A DNA stretch of 63,950 nucleotides, counting the filler, from Platydemus manokwari (lineage: Eukaryota), in the NCBI GenBank assembly GCA_037951405.1. It is 6 parts of 6 records of this genome, joined end to end, with 100 filler letters (N's around TTAATTAATTAA, not from the genome) between each part and the next. Parts side by side here need not be neighbours in the genome. Positions count along the whole stretch, not along the records: positions 11,795 to 21,115 come from JBBMOY011264874.1; positions 21,216 to 30,457 come from JBBMOY011278429.1; positions 30,558 to 40,911 come from JBBMOY011141438.1; 3 more parts are not named here. The stretch is one strand, 5' to 3'. Shown one piece after another: positions 19,252 to 33,500 of this stretch. Positions within the stretch are counted from its first letter, which is position 1. Each line of letters starts with the position of its first letter. The position numbers and the translations under genes are program-made. A model generated the notes under the pieces. It saw only the letters and a program-made list of their open reading frames with translations. It did no database searches and was not told where the DNA came from.

Positions 19252-19632
19252 ATGGCGGAAAAATTTTCATTCACTGATGAATCAAGTCCTTTACAATTAT
19301 CACTCGACCCTTTGATTCAACCCGATCTCCGTTCACCGACTATCGATGTCAATATCGAACACGATATTTCACTGTCAATTCTGTTTTACGATTCTTCTTC
19401 GTCGTCGCATAATTTGAAGTATTTAAACGATGAAATCAATTTACGATCAATGGATTCCGAGACGCATTGTTTGAGAAAACTATCGAAAGTCAATTGTATC
19501 ATTAATTTTGACCAAAACTTACAATTGACAGAACCAAACTATCCGCTATCAGTAGAGAACGTCAATACGAATACCGTATCGAGCCCAGTTATCGATTCAG
19601 TTGATTCTATTGAATCCATGCTCCATTCTTAG
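19252..19632 (+). CDS. Possible coding exon, unknown Ser/Asp-rich product
   Basis: 126-aa open frame in less AT-rich sequence; no motif recognised. Confidence 0.3.
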   Translation: MAEKFSFTDESSPLQLSLDPLIQPDLRSPTIDVNIEHDISLSILFYDSSSSSHNLKYLNDEINLRSMDSETHCLRKLSKVNCIINFDQNLQLTEPNYPLSVENVNTNTVSSPVIDSVDSIESMLHS

Positions 19633-21019
19633 ATTGAAAAAAATCGATACATTTTTGAGAAATGCCATTTGAAAGTTATTCGTGGATCGATTAATTAAAT
19701 TGACTTTGAGAGTAGATATTGATTTGGAAATTTTTACAATGACGAAATGAAAAATTTCGTACGTTATTATTTCTAGTCGATATTTCAATGAGGCTTTTAA
19801 GTATTTCGATAGAAAATCCAATGTTGTTCTTCAAAATGAGTTGATCTATAAAAGTAGATATATGTGTGTGTGTTTCTTTAGCATGTTATTTTTTTCAAAT
19901 ATGGATGTGACTCATTGTGATATCCAGATTTTGGCATGGTTTTTTGTCGTGATATCATAATAATAATGTGAATATATTTGTGTTATTTCGCCTACTTTCC
20001 AGTGGGTTGGATGAGTTTATAATTCGCTATAACTCATCGTTATAGATTTTAATTTTTATCGTTTTCCAATTCTTATTTTTCGTGTTTTCTCGAAAATCGA
20101 TTTCGGTAAAATAAAATACTGGATAATTTGTTTTAATAACAGCATTTAAGTCTCTTAATTGGTAATGATTTTATGTCGAATGATTCTGGTTGGTTTTTCA
20201 AATGAATGGTGTCGATGAAACTCTTTTATCTTACATAATAATAAGATTTGTCAGATGTTTCATTCCGCATTATATTTAAGCTCTCCCTTAATCCAATGAA
20301 ACCCACTGCAAGGCTGAGATTATATTTAATATAAATATTGCACCGTCTCAACTGTTGATAATGCATTACATGAACAGCTAGTAGTTATCCTTCAGTATTG
20401 TTTTCATTGATATATAGAACTGTCGTATTATTTGAACATCAAACCATTGGTGACAAAACGAATATTTTTCGCGTACTTTATCAATTGATTAAAATGAGAT
20501 TTTTATTTCAAAAAATGATTTTATCGAAATTTATAATGATAATTATAATGTTAATTATTATAATCTTAATAATAATTATAACTAATGGAGGAATTATAAA
20601 ATTAGTCATAATAAATGTGGGAATATGAGTTCTCTAAAAATGGGTTATATTATAAAAAAATTATTAAAATCAATAAAATTTGTTTGAATGTAACGGTTAA
20701 ATATATTTCTATGGATTGGTTTTGTAATTCCTTTTCAATTCATGTTTTATGATATAATAGCAGCTAACATGGTGCATTTGGAATTGATTCTGAGAAAATC
20801 AATATTAGATTTCACCGCGTAATTCGATCCAAGCGTATTTGTCGATATTTGAACAATATATCAAGGCTGTAATTGATTTATAGGACATTAAATTCTTTTA
20901 AAATTATGGATAAGGTTAAAATTATAAGTTTAGCTCAATAATGACGTAATTTTGGAACAATGCGGTTTAATAATAAAGGTTAACCTCAATCATAATAATA
21001 AGGATTATTATGGTAATCA

Positions 21020-21115
21020 ATAATAATAGCAACAGTAATAATAATAATAAATAATATTAACGATAATAGTAAATAATAATAATATTAATAAGAATAATAA
21101 TAGCAATAATAATAA
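21020..21115. repeat. Imperfect (AAT)n microsatellite at contig end
   Basis: Direct reading. Confidence 0.85.
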
Positions 21116-21215
21116 NNNNNNNNNNNNNNNNNNNNNNNNNNNNNNNNNNNNNNNNNNNNTTAATTAATTAANNNNNNNNNNNNNNNNNNNNNNNNNNNNN
21201 NNNNNNNNNNNNNNN
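21116..21215. other. Artificial contig linker
   Basis: N44-TTAATTAATTAA-N44. Confidence 0.99.
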
Positions 21216-21640
21216 CTGAATAATTATATTGGATAATATATTGTTTAATAATATGTTAATCATTATTAATATGACGCTCAATAAGTAAATATTTAAATAT
21301 AGTAACAATCGATAATCAGTTATAATAATTTTAATATCTATTATCAAATATCGTTATGATTATAATTTATAAATTATATATTTCTGAACATCAAATATAG
21401 ATTTGTCAATATTTTATAACGATTTTGATTAATATATTAATTATAATTATCGTAATAATAAATGATTTCTACTTTTTTTATCGATTTATATAAATTAAAT
21501 CAATCAATAAATTATTTAATTATATTTTATTATAAGATATTATTTGCATTTTATATCAATAAACATGAATATCAATAAATTATTTTTATATCAATAACTT
21601 TATAATTCCAATCAATAAATAATATTTAATTTCATATCAG

Positions 21641-22321
21641 GAATCTGCGGCTGAAGTAATTTCCTTGAAAGATATCCGGTTTTTTCCTCTGTCATTTTGG
21701 CTCATATCTGGCATTTGTGTCACTTATTACGTTGCTGTCTTTCCTTTTGTTTCTTTATCGAAAGTGTTTTTAATACAAAAATATGCTTTAAGTGGATCTA
21801 AAGCAAGTCTCATTACGAGTTTACTCTACATCATTTCCGCAGCATGTAGTCCAATTACGGGTTTCATTATTGATGTCACGGGTAAAAATATATTTTGGGT
21901 TCTTGCTGGAACCATTGCAACTCTAGGCAGTCATGCATTGTACGCTTTCACGTTCATCGACCCTCTATTCGTCACCATTTTATTGGGGGTAGCATATTCT
22001 GTATTGGCAAGCTCATTGTGGCCAATGGTTGCATTGGTTATACCTTTACATCAACGAGGCACAGCATTCGGTATTATGCAGTCAGTACAAAATCTTGGAC
22101 TTGCTGTCGTTGGAATAATCGCAGGTCTTATCCAAGATTCCAGCGGATTTCTTGTCCTTGAAGTTTTCTTTTCCATTTGCTTATGCACAACTTTAATTAT
22201 GATTGTTATTCTCTATTTATGGGATGCTCAGAATGGTTATCGGCTTAATGAGAGCGGATCAAGTAGAAGAAAGGCGTTGAAATTTTCTGAAGTGACTGTC
22301 AGTCAAACAATTGAAAATTAA
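21641..22321 (+). CDS. MFSD1: MFS transporter, MFSD1-like, terminal exon
   Basis: Acceptor ...ttcatatcag|; FPLSFWLI..ICVTYYVAVFPF, AYSVLASSLWPMVALVIP.HQRGTAFGIMQSVQNLGLA and multiple TM helices. Confidence 0.88.
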   Translation, partial: ESAAEVISLKDIRFFPLSFWLISGICVTYYVAVFPFVSLSKVFLIQKYALSGSKASLITSLLYIISAACSPITGFIIDVTGKNIFWVLAGTIATLGSHALYAFTFIDPLFVTILLGVAYSVLASSLWPMVALVIPLHQRGTAFGIMQSVQNLGLAVVGIIAGLIQDSSGFLVLEVFFSICLCTTLIMIVILYLWDAQNGYRLNESGSSRRKALKFSEVTVSQTIEN

Positions 22322-25279
22322 TGATTGATAATTGTTTTCTGTGTAATTGCAATATAATTTGATATATATATTTTTCATATTTGATAATAGTTTATTTATG
22401 TGATTTTAGATTGATTTACATTTATTGATTTTTAAATAAATATTTACTTATTTTTGCCATTGATTTTACAATGATTATATCATGTAGTCACGATATCAGC
22501 TGACATATAGAGGCATTCTATAATAGACATGTGATGCTATTCTAGAATGATGTTATCAGCGAATATGATGATGATGATGATGTTAGCACTGATAACGTAT
22601 TTTATCAATCAAATGTGTTACAATAGTTTCTTTATTACTTTTATTTTTACTACATATATGTCTTATTTTATCTGGCTTCACTGCATTATTCGTTTATTTT
22701 TTATAGCTAATACGACTGATAATTATTTATTGCGTCATTTCATATCACATTAATAATTGAAATACTGTCGTTTACAATACGAGATGAATCTCTCTGTTCC
22801 TCATGACGATATAGCATTATTTAATATTCTATAAATATAAACATGTAAATATTTAATTACGGATTTATTTCTTCAAACCATTTACAAATCACTGATAATG
22901 CTTTCAATCATTTCCGATCATTGTGATAAAATATGGAATTTACTGTTTAAGTTATCAAATCAAATCGAAATGATGATTATCGAAAACATTGACATTTACT
23001 GGCGATAAAAGAGTTTGATAATTATTAGATTATATAGTAAAGCACAAAAATATTGGTATAGAATTGTTATATGAGATATATTTGGTGTGGATTGAAAATA
23101 GTATTGAAAACAATCGATTATAATAATGGTGTTTATCAATAGAATGAATATGTAAATGACAATCTATTATTGCAATTCCAAGATAGTAAGATTAAGATCA
23201 TTTAAGAGGCCTCAAGAAGATCTTTCTTAATTTTAGCAAACATATTTGATATTTATTCCAGTCAAATATTTATTTGTAAATAAGGTTTGAACAGATATGT
23301 TTACAATAATGAGAAAATCAATTGAAAAATGTTTGTCAATTATTTCAAAAATAATCGTTTGATAATTTGTAAAATATTGAATGTTGTTTTTCATGTTATT
23401 TGATTGATTTATAATTTGTTAAAAGGAAAATATGATTTATTTGAAAAATATTATTGTGTTGGGTCTCAATATTCCGTATGATACAAATATCAATTCGATA
23501 AATCAATTGTGTTACTAACAATATGTGTTTCAATATGGACAATTAAGCTGATGACATTTAGTGTGTAAATGCTGCTAGGATTGAGATATTAATCGATTCC
23601 ACCCATATTTGATTCTTAGCAGTGCTGAACAGTAGGTTGCGTGTTTAATCAAATCAAAGACGATTAAGTTTATTTATAATCGACATACGGATTTTTCTTG
23701 TATCAGTGCGATGTCCTGAAGTCGTTACATAACCAATGTTGAGAACTATTGTCACCAAGCTCTGGAGAAAAAGAAGGTCGATGAAGAGTTATTTTAGGAA
23801 CTTTGACAAGCTGAATAATTAATATAAAATCCATTTTGGGCATTATTGCTGTGATAATTATTATATTATAAATATTAATCCTACCAAATGTTTATTCATT
23901 ATGAATAATATCCTTTTAAGAGGTGTAAAAAAAAGCTTTAAATGTGTACTGCAATTGTAGGAGGCTGTGTATATATTTTTCTTTTCTTTCTTATATTTTG
24001 TCCTTGGCTGTCGTTGAACTTTACAATTTATTAAGATCTTATGTTTTAATCTGCTCAGACAAATTCTTTACCCTTGTTTCGATAACCACTGAGTATATCT
24101 TGTGACATGTCAATACATGATATGTGCATGTCATTACCCTCAAAATGCCGTTAGGAACATCGTTGTAACTGCTATCCGAAGGAGAAAAATCTGTCGAATC
24201 TTGTCTTGTAGCGTTGATCGAAATTTTAATTATCGCTAGGAATTCTGATCAGTTTCGCTGACTACGTACGTCATTGAGCAATATAACCACCGTGTTTCTA
24301 GCTACAAATGATTCCTGTCAATTTTTTTGATTAGTTCTGATAAAGCGAGCAAAACCTCAGAGAAATACGAAATTTATCTGGTATCATGAGTTGGTTTTCA
24401 AATTGCTAACACCTATCTGTCAAAATGCGTCTTTGTTTCCCAAGACGTTAAATACAAGAATGAACGATTACCTCAATAATAGTCTCTTCGTCATATCTAG
24501 ACAAAAGATCGAGATTTACTAGCTATAAATACAATTATATTAAATTTGTTAACAATTCTTGTTGTGGACGAAAATAATTTGATTATCAATATAATTAATG
24601 CATATTGTCGTGGAAACAGTAATGATAACCTTAGTAATTTGAATTTAAATTTAAGATCACCATGGCAATACAGGAAATTTCTATGGTTAGCAAATAATGA
24701 ATAATAACATTCGCAAAACACTCACAAACCAAAATGGTATTTAAACTAATACAACTCGTAGTCTCACAATAATAATTTCGACACAAAATTTGAGTGAACG
24801 CATATTCACCTACACTAGGTTTTATTGGTTACCATTGAATTAATATCGAAATCGAATCGATTGGAATTTAAATATTCGAAAACTGTTCGGGATTTCATCA
24901 CTATTTATTATTATTTGGTTTATTTAAATCTAAACTCATCACCTAATTGAATTCCATCGTTACTATGCTTGTGTTGGGGAAATGGCAAAATTCGAGAAGA
25001 ATAAATTGTAACAATTTTTGACAATTAACAGTCATGCCTGATGGCATTTGATTTTGAAGTAATAATTTTGATTAATACGTGTATAAAAGTATCAATTTTT
25101 TATTCATGCGTTTTTATCTCAATATGTAAAAGTAACAATTTGGTTACTATTTTTGGAGCTTGATCATTCAAGCGTTTTTAATGTAACAATTTTTGGAAAA
25201 AGGCTTGATTAATCAAGCAATGTATTTTATTTTATTTTTATAAATAATTGTTAAATCAAGCTTCTGTTCAATTAATTAA

Positions 25280-25327
<48 letters not shown>
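25280..25327. repeat. (AAT)n microsatellite
   Basis: Perfect trinucleotide run. Confidence 0.95.
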
Positions 25328-25549
25328 TGTTATCATAAAATTGGTAATAGTTGTTTACGGTTAATAAATATTCTTTTTCTGCACCTTTCGAGATCAAATA
25401 TAAGAAATATATTGAATTATTCATATTCCGTCAATATAATATTTGCAAGCAAATTTTATTTTAAACAAATTATAAGAAAAATCTTTAGGGAATTGATTTA
25501 TGTGTATCGATTTTCGCCAATAATCCGTGACGATTAAATTCGTCTCCCG

Positions 25550-26283
25550 ATTCGTATAAATAGGGGGGAAACGTCACAACTTTCGCCTGTTTATTTCGTA
25601 GTGTGTTACAAGCAAATCGTGTGAAGTCGTATTTTTATTCAAAACCATTCTGCTCGTGTTGGATCCTGATTCATATTTGCGCCTAGAAGAATTTGTACAA
25701 GCCTTTTGATCAAGTATATGCCCCAAGATACGTGCGTTAGAATAATTCTATAAACAACTGATCGGTAGTATAGTAGTTGTGTATATTGTTTTATTATAGA
25801 GTTTTATCTCAAACATCTTGAAAGGTGGTTTTGCTGCAAGAGTGTGCAGTTTATTAACCGTAAATCTTCCCCAGAAGCTTGATAAGGTTGTTCGTTGTTT
25901 TGTATTGAATTTGTATTTAACCATATTAGTTTGTAGTAATTTATATAATTGTTACATAATATTTGTGTCAATAAACTTTTATAAAACAAGAGTTTGTTAT
26001 TAAATTGATAGTTATTGTTTAATTGAGACTGATAGAGACTGATAGAATAGTTGTTAACATAGGCATAAGGATAGTTTTATTAACAATTGATCATTGTTGC
26101 CGTTTGATATTATCTTCATAATAATATTAAATAATATAATATTAAATAAGTTCAATAGTTCGTACCTAGGGCTTGATCAGAACCACAAGTGACTGATTAA
26201 GACAACAGTGATCATCAACAAAAATAGTAAATAAGAGACTGATAAGATTAAAACAAAAAATATAGCAAGCCCCAAACGCAACA
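25550..26283 (+). repeat. LTR-like repeat family B, copy 1
   Basis: Colinear blocks shared with 42350-43092 (TATA..TAGG..GTCACAA, ATCTTGAAA.GGT, TTGAGACTGATAG, GACTGATTAAGACAA); ends ...CAACA; 5' boundary uncertain. Confidence 0.6.
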
Positions 26284-28139
26284 ATTCCAATAATTGTACT
26301 GCTCAATTGTTCAATAAATGGATCTGTTTATACCGAATGTCAACTGCCACAAAATATAGTTCCGTAAATGGCAGTATTTTTCGTATGAGTGTTAATGAGT
26401 TTTAATTATTAATGGAGGCCAAGTATTTATATCCATGTCGTTTCGTGTGAGGCCGTTATTTTTCTAAATTTGTTGTCGACTTTTCATAAGTTTTTCTCAT
26501 GAATTAATCATGAAATTATAATCCCAATTATTGTTTTTATTGGTATTTTGAATTTTTATTATCGTATTATTTTTGTTCATTTATTAGTTTGATTATTGTT
26601 TAATAACCTTTTTTCTTATTTGTTAATTTAAACATTTTATTAATTTTATAAATTATTATCATTGTTTTATCAATTATCTCACTTATCAATTTTATTATTA
26701 ATGCTCAATTGCCTCGATAATTTAACCAATCTCTTATTCTCCCTTTACATGAAGAATAAAAAGTAATATAATATTTACATGATAAAATATTCGATAATAA
26801 ATTTAGAGGAAATTAAAAAAATCAAATCACGAAACAGTTTTTAGTAAAATATTAGTTCATATAAATTCATGATAAATAAATCAATTATTAGAACCAATGT
26901 TTCTGGTAATTCGATGTCTCTGACTATGTTGGCACGGCAAGGCTTTACAACAGAATTTATAAGAATCGATGAATTTGGCGGATTGATTTTGACCTATTGA
27001 TATTTTCTCTAGAGGCAATAAGATTGAATTGTAAAGGAAGATACAATTGAATTGTGATGAGAGTGCGTTTGAATGATTATTGTTAAGCTTGATTTGTTAA
27101 GATGAGTTTATTTGTTAATTGTGTTATTTGCGTTACTCATTGTATCTGTAGTTGTGTCTGTAACTATCTATGGAACAATTGTGACTATTTCTTTATATAG
27201 GTATCAATGAGTGACTCGCAGGTTTTTTCTGAGAATGTTATTTAATTGTTTTTCTAAGCATATATATATGTGTGTGTGTGTGTGTAATAAATAGTAAAAA
27301 ATAAAATAATAAATAAACTAACTTCTGATAAAAATTTGTCTCAGTCACTTATTATGGTGCCTAATAAATTTCTCACTCAATAAAATAATCAAGTAGAATA
27401 AATTGAATAACAGAGAATTTCTCTTTACTATGGTAAATTATATATATGCAAAAAATTAATTTCAGTGTAAATGTACAGCTATGAATTTTATATTCATAAG
27501 TTGTCTTTTCCTAAATAGTGGCTGAAACAATATTAAGGTCTGACGTCATTACTGACTTTAGTTAAAACGAGAATAAAAAGATGAATTTTTTAGGGATGTA
27601 GATGACCTGTTTTCTCAAGTTTCCACTTATAGGTTTCATCATTTATGAAGCCTCTTACCTGCGATGATCTACTAAAATTGTTTGTAAAAACACAATGGAG
27701 ATTCGCATCTTCCATTAATTTTTTTTGTTTCTGAGATTTTGATTAAAATTTTCTTTCTGATTTTTCATTGTTTAACAGCCGAATTTACACTTTTCCAAGT
27801 AGTATACTCAATTGAAGACTATTTATTCCAATTTTTGGTAGTTCAAATAATGTACAATTTTCGTCTTGTTAGCTCACTTTATTACGAATAATCTTGTGAA
27901 TTCCAATATTAATATCCTATTTGTTAACACTTCTGTGATTAGCTTACATATATGCAGCTCATAGGTTCTGTATTTCTTGCAAACTCGTCATCTAACTTCT
28001 GTTATGATATCAGATAAAGACTAATACTGAGAAATTAAAATAACGCTGATAAAGCCATAAAGCATTCAAAGAAACGAAATACCAAAATATAACAATAACA
28101 TAACAAATTTATTGCATTATCACACAAATTCCTTGAAAA

Positions 28140-28772
28140 TCACAAGTAATTTTCTTGAACATATACCGTATCTCTATTTACAATACCACAACTCTTGATT
28201 GTTAATGATCCCATTTCCGTTGTGAAAATCTTATGGGGAAAACATTGAACTATTTTCAATTTGTGCATTTCATATCCATAACTTTTGATATAAACAAAAA
28301 GTTCTTTCAATGACGACGAGGATGGAATAGATATAATTTCTCTGGTTCCACATGGTAATCGGATTAGAATTGTGAATATTTTATTTTCTCGACAGAGATC
28401 ATTCGATATATTATCATTTTTATCGACATCAGTTAATTCTTCATCACTGATAGCATCGAATTCTGAAAACGACGAAAGCATTTTCATTTTCTTGGTAGTC
28501 GATATGAATTCGAAATCATTATCGTCATTCATTAAACGTTTTCGAGATATTTTATTCAAATTTAGCTCGACATCACTTGTGAAATCTTCCAATAACTTAT
28601 ATTCTTTGAGATTTTGTAAATGGATATCATCGAATTGTAGGTGTGGTGGAAATATTTTAATTCGTTTGATATGTGGTATAAATTCAGTATCATTATCATG
28701 GTTCATTGGACGCTTTCGATTAATGATTGTTGCATTGACCGCTACGTCGTTTGTTGGGCACATGTTTTTCAT
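28140..28772 (-). CDS. UBX-domain protein, intronless, with duplicated N-terminal basic repeat
   Basis: C-terminal ILIRLPCGTRE...LKELFVYI...QCFPHK...TIKSCGIVNRDTVYVQE (R...FPx UBX pattern). Confidence 0.8.
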   Translation of the reverse strand: MKNMCPTNDVAVNATIINRKRPMNHDNDTEFIPHIKRIKIFPPHLQFDDIHLQNLKEYKLLEDFTSDVELNLNKISRKRLMNDDNDFEFISTTKKMKMLSSFSEFDAISDEELTDVDKNDNISNDLCRENKIFTILIRLPCGTREIISIPSSSSLKELFVYIKSYGYEMHKLKIVQCFPHKIFTTEMGSLTIKSCGIVNRDTVYVQENYL

Positions 28773-30457
28773 TAATAAGTAATATGCAGTATTTATATTT
28801 TAACATCAAGAGATTTAAAAAAAAATATTTTTTTAAAAAATACAATTATCTTAAATTCTATTGGTGGAAATAAATAATATATTTTTTATAAAATAATAAG
28901 TTAGAAAATTTGTTGAATTATTTTTAATGATTAAACAAATCAAATATAATTGTGAGAATAATAAAATATTCTTTATAAAATTTTAAATAAATAATTTATT
29001 AATTAACGTATTAATTAAAATTAAAAAATTTCGAAAAACTGTGGTGCGTGCAACAAGAACTTAGTTGACAACACCATGTCCGAGGCGGTGATAGGATTTA
29101 AAAACTGTGTGCAATACAAGGAGACTGAAAGAGAACTGGTAAAATCTGACCAATCGGATGAAGGCCATGTTCAAATTAAACGACGAGAACTTGTATTTTG
29201 AGTTAGTCACTCGGCTGACAAAATGAAATAGACGGTATCAAGAATGAAATCAGAAAATACTGTAAGATAAGGGATCTCGATAAATTGGACACTTTTATTT
29301 TTTCTGTTACACTCTCATTTATAGTTTGTGACTACAATTTAGCGTTTTTATCAATCAAGCTCACTTTGCATATATTGGGATCATTGTAAACTTTATCTGA
29401 AAAATGCATTTTTGTATGTGCTCCCATCTTAATCAATAATTTATCAATAAGGATTATTATTTTGCATGAAAGTATAAGCAATAATGTGAGATGATATAGT
29501 AATCCTAGTTATCAAGGACAACATTGTGTTAAAATGCAATAAAAATTATATTTATTATTATTTATTATTATATTTAATATATCGTATTTTAGTGCGAAAA
29601 TTATTATAATTTAGTTTTCGTTAGACAATAATAAGAAGAAAATGATTCCACAAATTATGGAAAATAACATTACAGCCAATAGATAATCATATGGTCAGCA
29701 AGTGAGAATTTTTCGTCACATTACTGAGATTGATAAATCTAATAATAGTAACATTCTAAGATAGAATTAACTCAAACCAAAATAATCATGAATAATATAA
29801 AAATCGACAATTTTCCAAGAGCTAGGAAATAACGCCTCCGAATATCCGGAAATAATAGAGTATAAATACATACTGCATAGAAAGTTAAAAATCGGAAAGG
29901 AATCCACTGATAAATACTTGAAAAAGCTCTTGCTAATTGGGAGAAATACAATTACACGGTGAACTTATAAGAAAGTTGTATTGCGCAACACAGGTGGCGC
30001 ATAATATCATCATATAAGATTAAATGGAGTGAAAACCACTATATAAGATTATAATAAAGTAATTAATTTTAAATTGTCCGGCGTATTAAAAACCTCAGAT
30101 AGTAAAGTAGATTCAAAATCAATATAATTTCTGTCTGTCTTGATATTGACGAATTTCTTCACCTTATTTACTAAAATAATCCGTGCTTACTAAAGTAATT
30201 TAAAAGTAATTCAATTAAACAATTTATTGATTTATTAATGGGTAATTTTAATGATCAATAATATGTTGAAGTAATTTAAATTTACTTTTTCTGATTTGGA
30301 GTTCTTAGATTCGTTTTCAATTCATATTGTAGGAAATAAAAGTAAAAAAATTTACTGCATTGAATTTGAATTTATTAATTCGTATTTATCAGTAGTATAT
30401 TATTGTTGTAATTTTCAGGTAAAATTCGACATCACTAAAATTGTATTTACCATTATA

Positions 30458-30557
30458 NNNNNNNNNNNNNNNNNNNNNNNNNNNNNNNNNNNNNNNNNNN
30501 NTTAATTAATTAANNNNNNNNNNNNNNNNNNNNNNNNNNNNNNNNNNNNNNNNNNNN
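30458..30557. other. Artificial contig linker
   Basis: N44-TTAATTAATTAA-N44. Confidence 0.99.
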
Positions 30558-33500
30558 AACATTGTATCGCAAGCCAGATGTAATCATGATTACAAATACA
30601 GAATAATTAGTTGATCAATACCTTGTTAGTTTACTTCATTGATTATTTCTTTCAATATTTAAATGATTTACAAATTATTTGATTGTTATGATTGAAAAAT
30701 TGAGATCTTCAAAAGAATCAATAAATAATAGCTATCAAATGCGTATTAATTCCAAAACAATATGTTCAATTTTTATAAAACATCACCACTTATCTTAATA
30801 AATATATCGATTATATTTCACAATGTGATGTCTTTGATTTGAATAATTACAAATTTGAGTCATTGATCCTTGTTTGTAAAATAATTTATACAATTTATTT
30901 TAAATTGTGTCATTGCTACATATTTCGTGACCATTTCATTTTTTCTACCAGTGGTTTGCAACTTTTTTAATGAAAAGGAACTCTACGGAAACACTTTTCT
31001 GATCATTAAATCAACCGGACTATCATTTCAAGTTTATCATGGTGTTCCCTTACTATTCTTCGATCCTCTAAAATATCGTCCAAAGAACAAAGAACGATAT
31101 TGAAGATCAAAATCGTGAATATTGTAATAATTAGGCTATGAAACGTTGCTGACGTAGAATATAATATAAAAATAGTCTGTTTAAACAGAACTGTCTAGTT
31201 CTAATGCTGAACGTCCTTAATTGTTAACTTAGAATCTTACTAGAGATCAACCCTATTATATTCTTAGCCTTAATATAACATAAATAAAACTGCTGAATCA
31301 TTAAATGAGTCCATTAACGTTTGGGTGTCAGGTACCGAAGCGAGAACACACCTTTACAATCATATGTACTCCAATGTCTATCATATGCTTTTTAATGCAT
31401 TTTTAAAAGATTGCTCTATCTCTTGCGTTTGTTTTCTTTACTTCTATTATATCAACATTCGGTGTGTGTCCTATTGAGCCAATCCCACTGACAAATAGGC
31501 ACAATTGTTATTGCCTTTTTTCTATTTGGTGGAGAGTCAGCTGACACACGTATCTGGTTTACTTTCGTTTTCATCTTTGTCGTGACGGATGCATTGGTTT
31601 TATCTCGAAATATCGTAACTAGGCTTTTGAGCTAAATGACATTCTCTAAACGTATGCCTTACATTTTTCAAATTATACATTTATTTTGCAAGGGACATGC
31701 AGAAGCTCCCCACAACTAAAGAAAGCTTCTGATTTTAAATAATCGCTACGCTTTTTGGGATTTCGTCTTTTATCAACCTTATTAGTCTTGTATTTTTTGT
31801 AAATTCTATGCGATTAATCGATGAAAGAAAATCTTTTTTATTACAAAAACTCTTTCCTGCACAATTAAACAAGGCTTTTAAAAAGTTTCTTTTTGAAAGG
31901 TTACTTTGGGTTGCTTTTAAATACTGTCTGAGTACATGTCTTCTTGATTACGTTTATTGGTTTCATCAAAGTTAACCAATTTTAATAATTTCTTTATCCG
32001 AAGTTCAAAACAACAAGACGTTTTATTTGGTTTTTGCTATATTGCTTCGAATTCTTAACTTGGGTGAATCCTGAACCTTGACGTACATTAATTCAGTATG
32101 TGAAAAAGCTTCCAAAATTCGTTTATCAATCTCTTCATTAGAAAAAAATTCTTAAAAACTGCATTATTGCCACATTTTTTGATATCATTCTTCTATAGTA
32201 TGTCAAATACAAATGACAATTCAATTTGGATAAATTCTGCGAAATCCTTGATTGTTACCTCGTAAGTCAAAGGCTTTTAAATCAATATCTTCTGAGGTTT
32301 TTAGAGTAAATTAGTAGAATTCTTTGCTAATCTTCTCTTTTGGGTCGCTAGTAAAAACGCCACTAAATTCCTTAACAATTTATTGGCTTTTGATAATCAC
32401 GGTATTCAGAATATTTAAATAAATTGAAAATTCAGGATTTATCTAACTAATACTGTATTATCTTTGTGAGCGAAAATATAAAATTTAAAACGAAAAAGTT
32501 AAGAAATATTATTATTGGCAAAACATACTCTTTTGAAAGGGTTCTTACTCATTTCGAAATTTTTTATTATTTTCTACGTGAGACATAAAATGTGTGATTT
32601 CTACAATTTTTTTCTTTTTTCAGCTGGAACTCAAATTTTATTATCATCTCTCCTTAGATCCTAAATTCACGACTTCGTGCTTAATCTATGTCATTTTTTA
32701 TCATTACGTTTTCATCATTGTTACTCTGTCATTCCTTTTCTTTTTTCTCCTTTATTACTGTAAATATTTTGGTTTTAATTTTTCGCTTAATTGGATTTCA
32801 ATTTTTCGGATAGCATTAGAGCATATGGTATAGCTATTTTATGAAAACATGTCTCCATTTCCATGATTTTCTCCTTTTCTAAAGATAAAGTTTATATTAA
32901 TGTACACAGACGATTGATATATGTTTAAATTTGCGGTGTCGTACAGTTTTTATTTTCAACATGAAAGGCAAAGCATTTTTATTAATTTCTGAAGTGACTC
33001 TTTTTGCTAAAAAGAGTAATATAAATGCTTGCAGTATTAAGATGTACTAATAATTTCTTTCTCATGATGCAATACTATTTGTCATGTTTGCTGCTTGCGT
33101 GATATTCGTATGCAATAAAAAATTAATTTTCTTTGTTATCTTTTTACCTTCTTCGTATATTTCCCCTCGGAACTGAATTACTTTTTCCATGATATTACAT
33201 ATTTTGGTTAATTTCTTTTACTGTTTATGACTTTTTCAGTATTTTGTAGTATTCTTTTTTCAATGTTGAGAAAAATGATCTATCGTACAAATATACCATG
33301 GCTTCCTTTTCTCTCATAATTAATAATAATCTCATCAATTATTAATTATATATCTATGTTGGTTCTGCAATCCTAATCAGAATTCCTGTATTTTAAGAGT
33401 AACCACTTATGATACAGTCTGTTAACCATTCAATGTCTTGCCATATATTAAGAAATTGTAATTTTATTAAAACTTATTTTGATTAAATATTTGGCGATAT

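Noticed and set aside
20398-22753. I/F/L/M-rich short ORFs (20398, 22547, also 32594 and 56640) resembling membrane peptides
   Set aside because: Expected translation products of AT-rich low-complexity non-coding DNA.
31450-32400. Possible decayed gag/zinc-knuckle sequence on the minus strand (also ~23600-24450 and ~50600-51200)
   Set aside because: Too degenerate to support by eye; needs a translated search against TE proteins.
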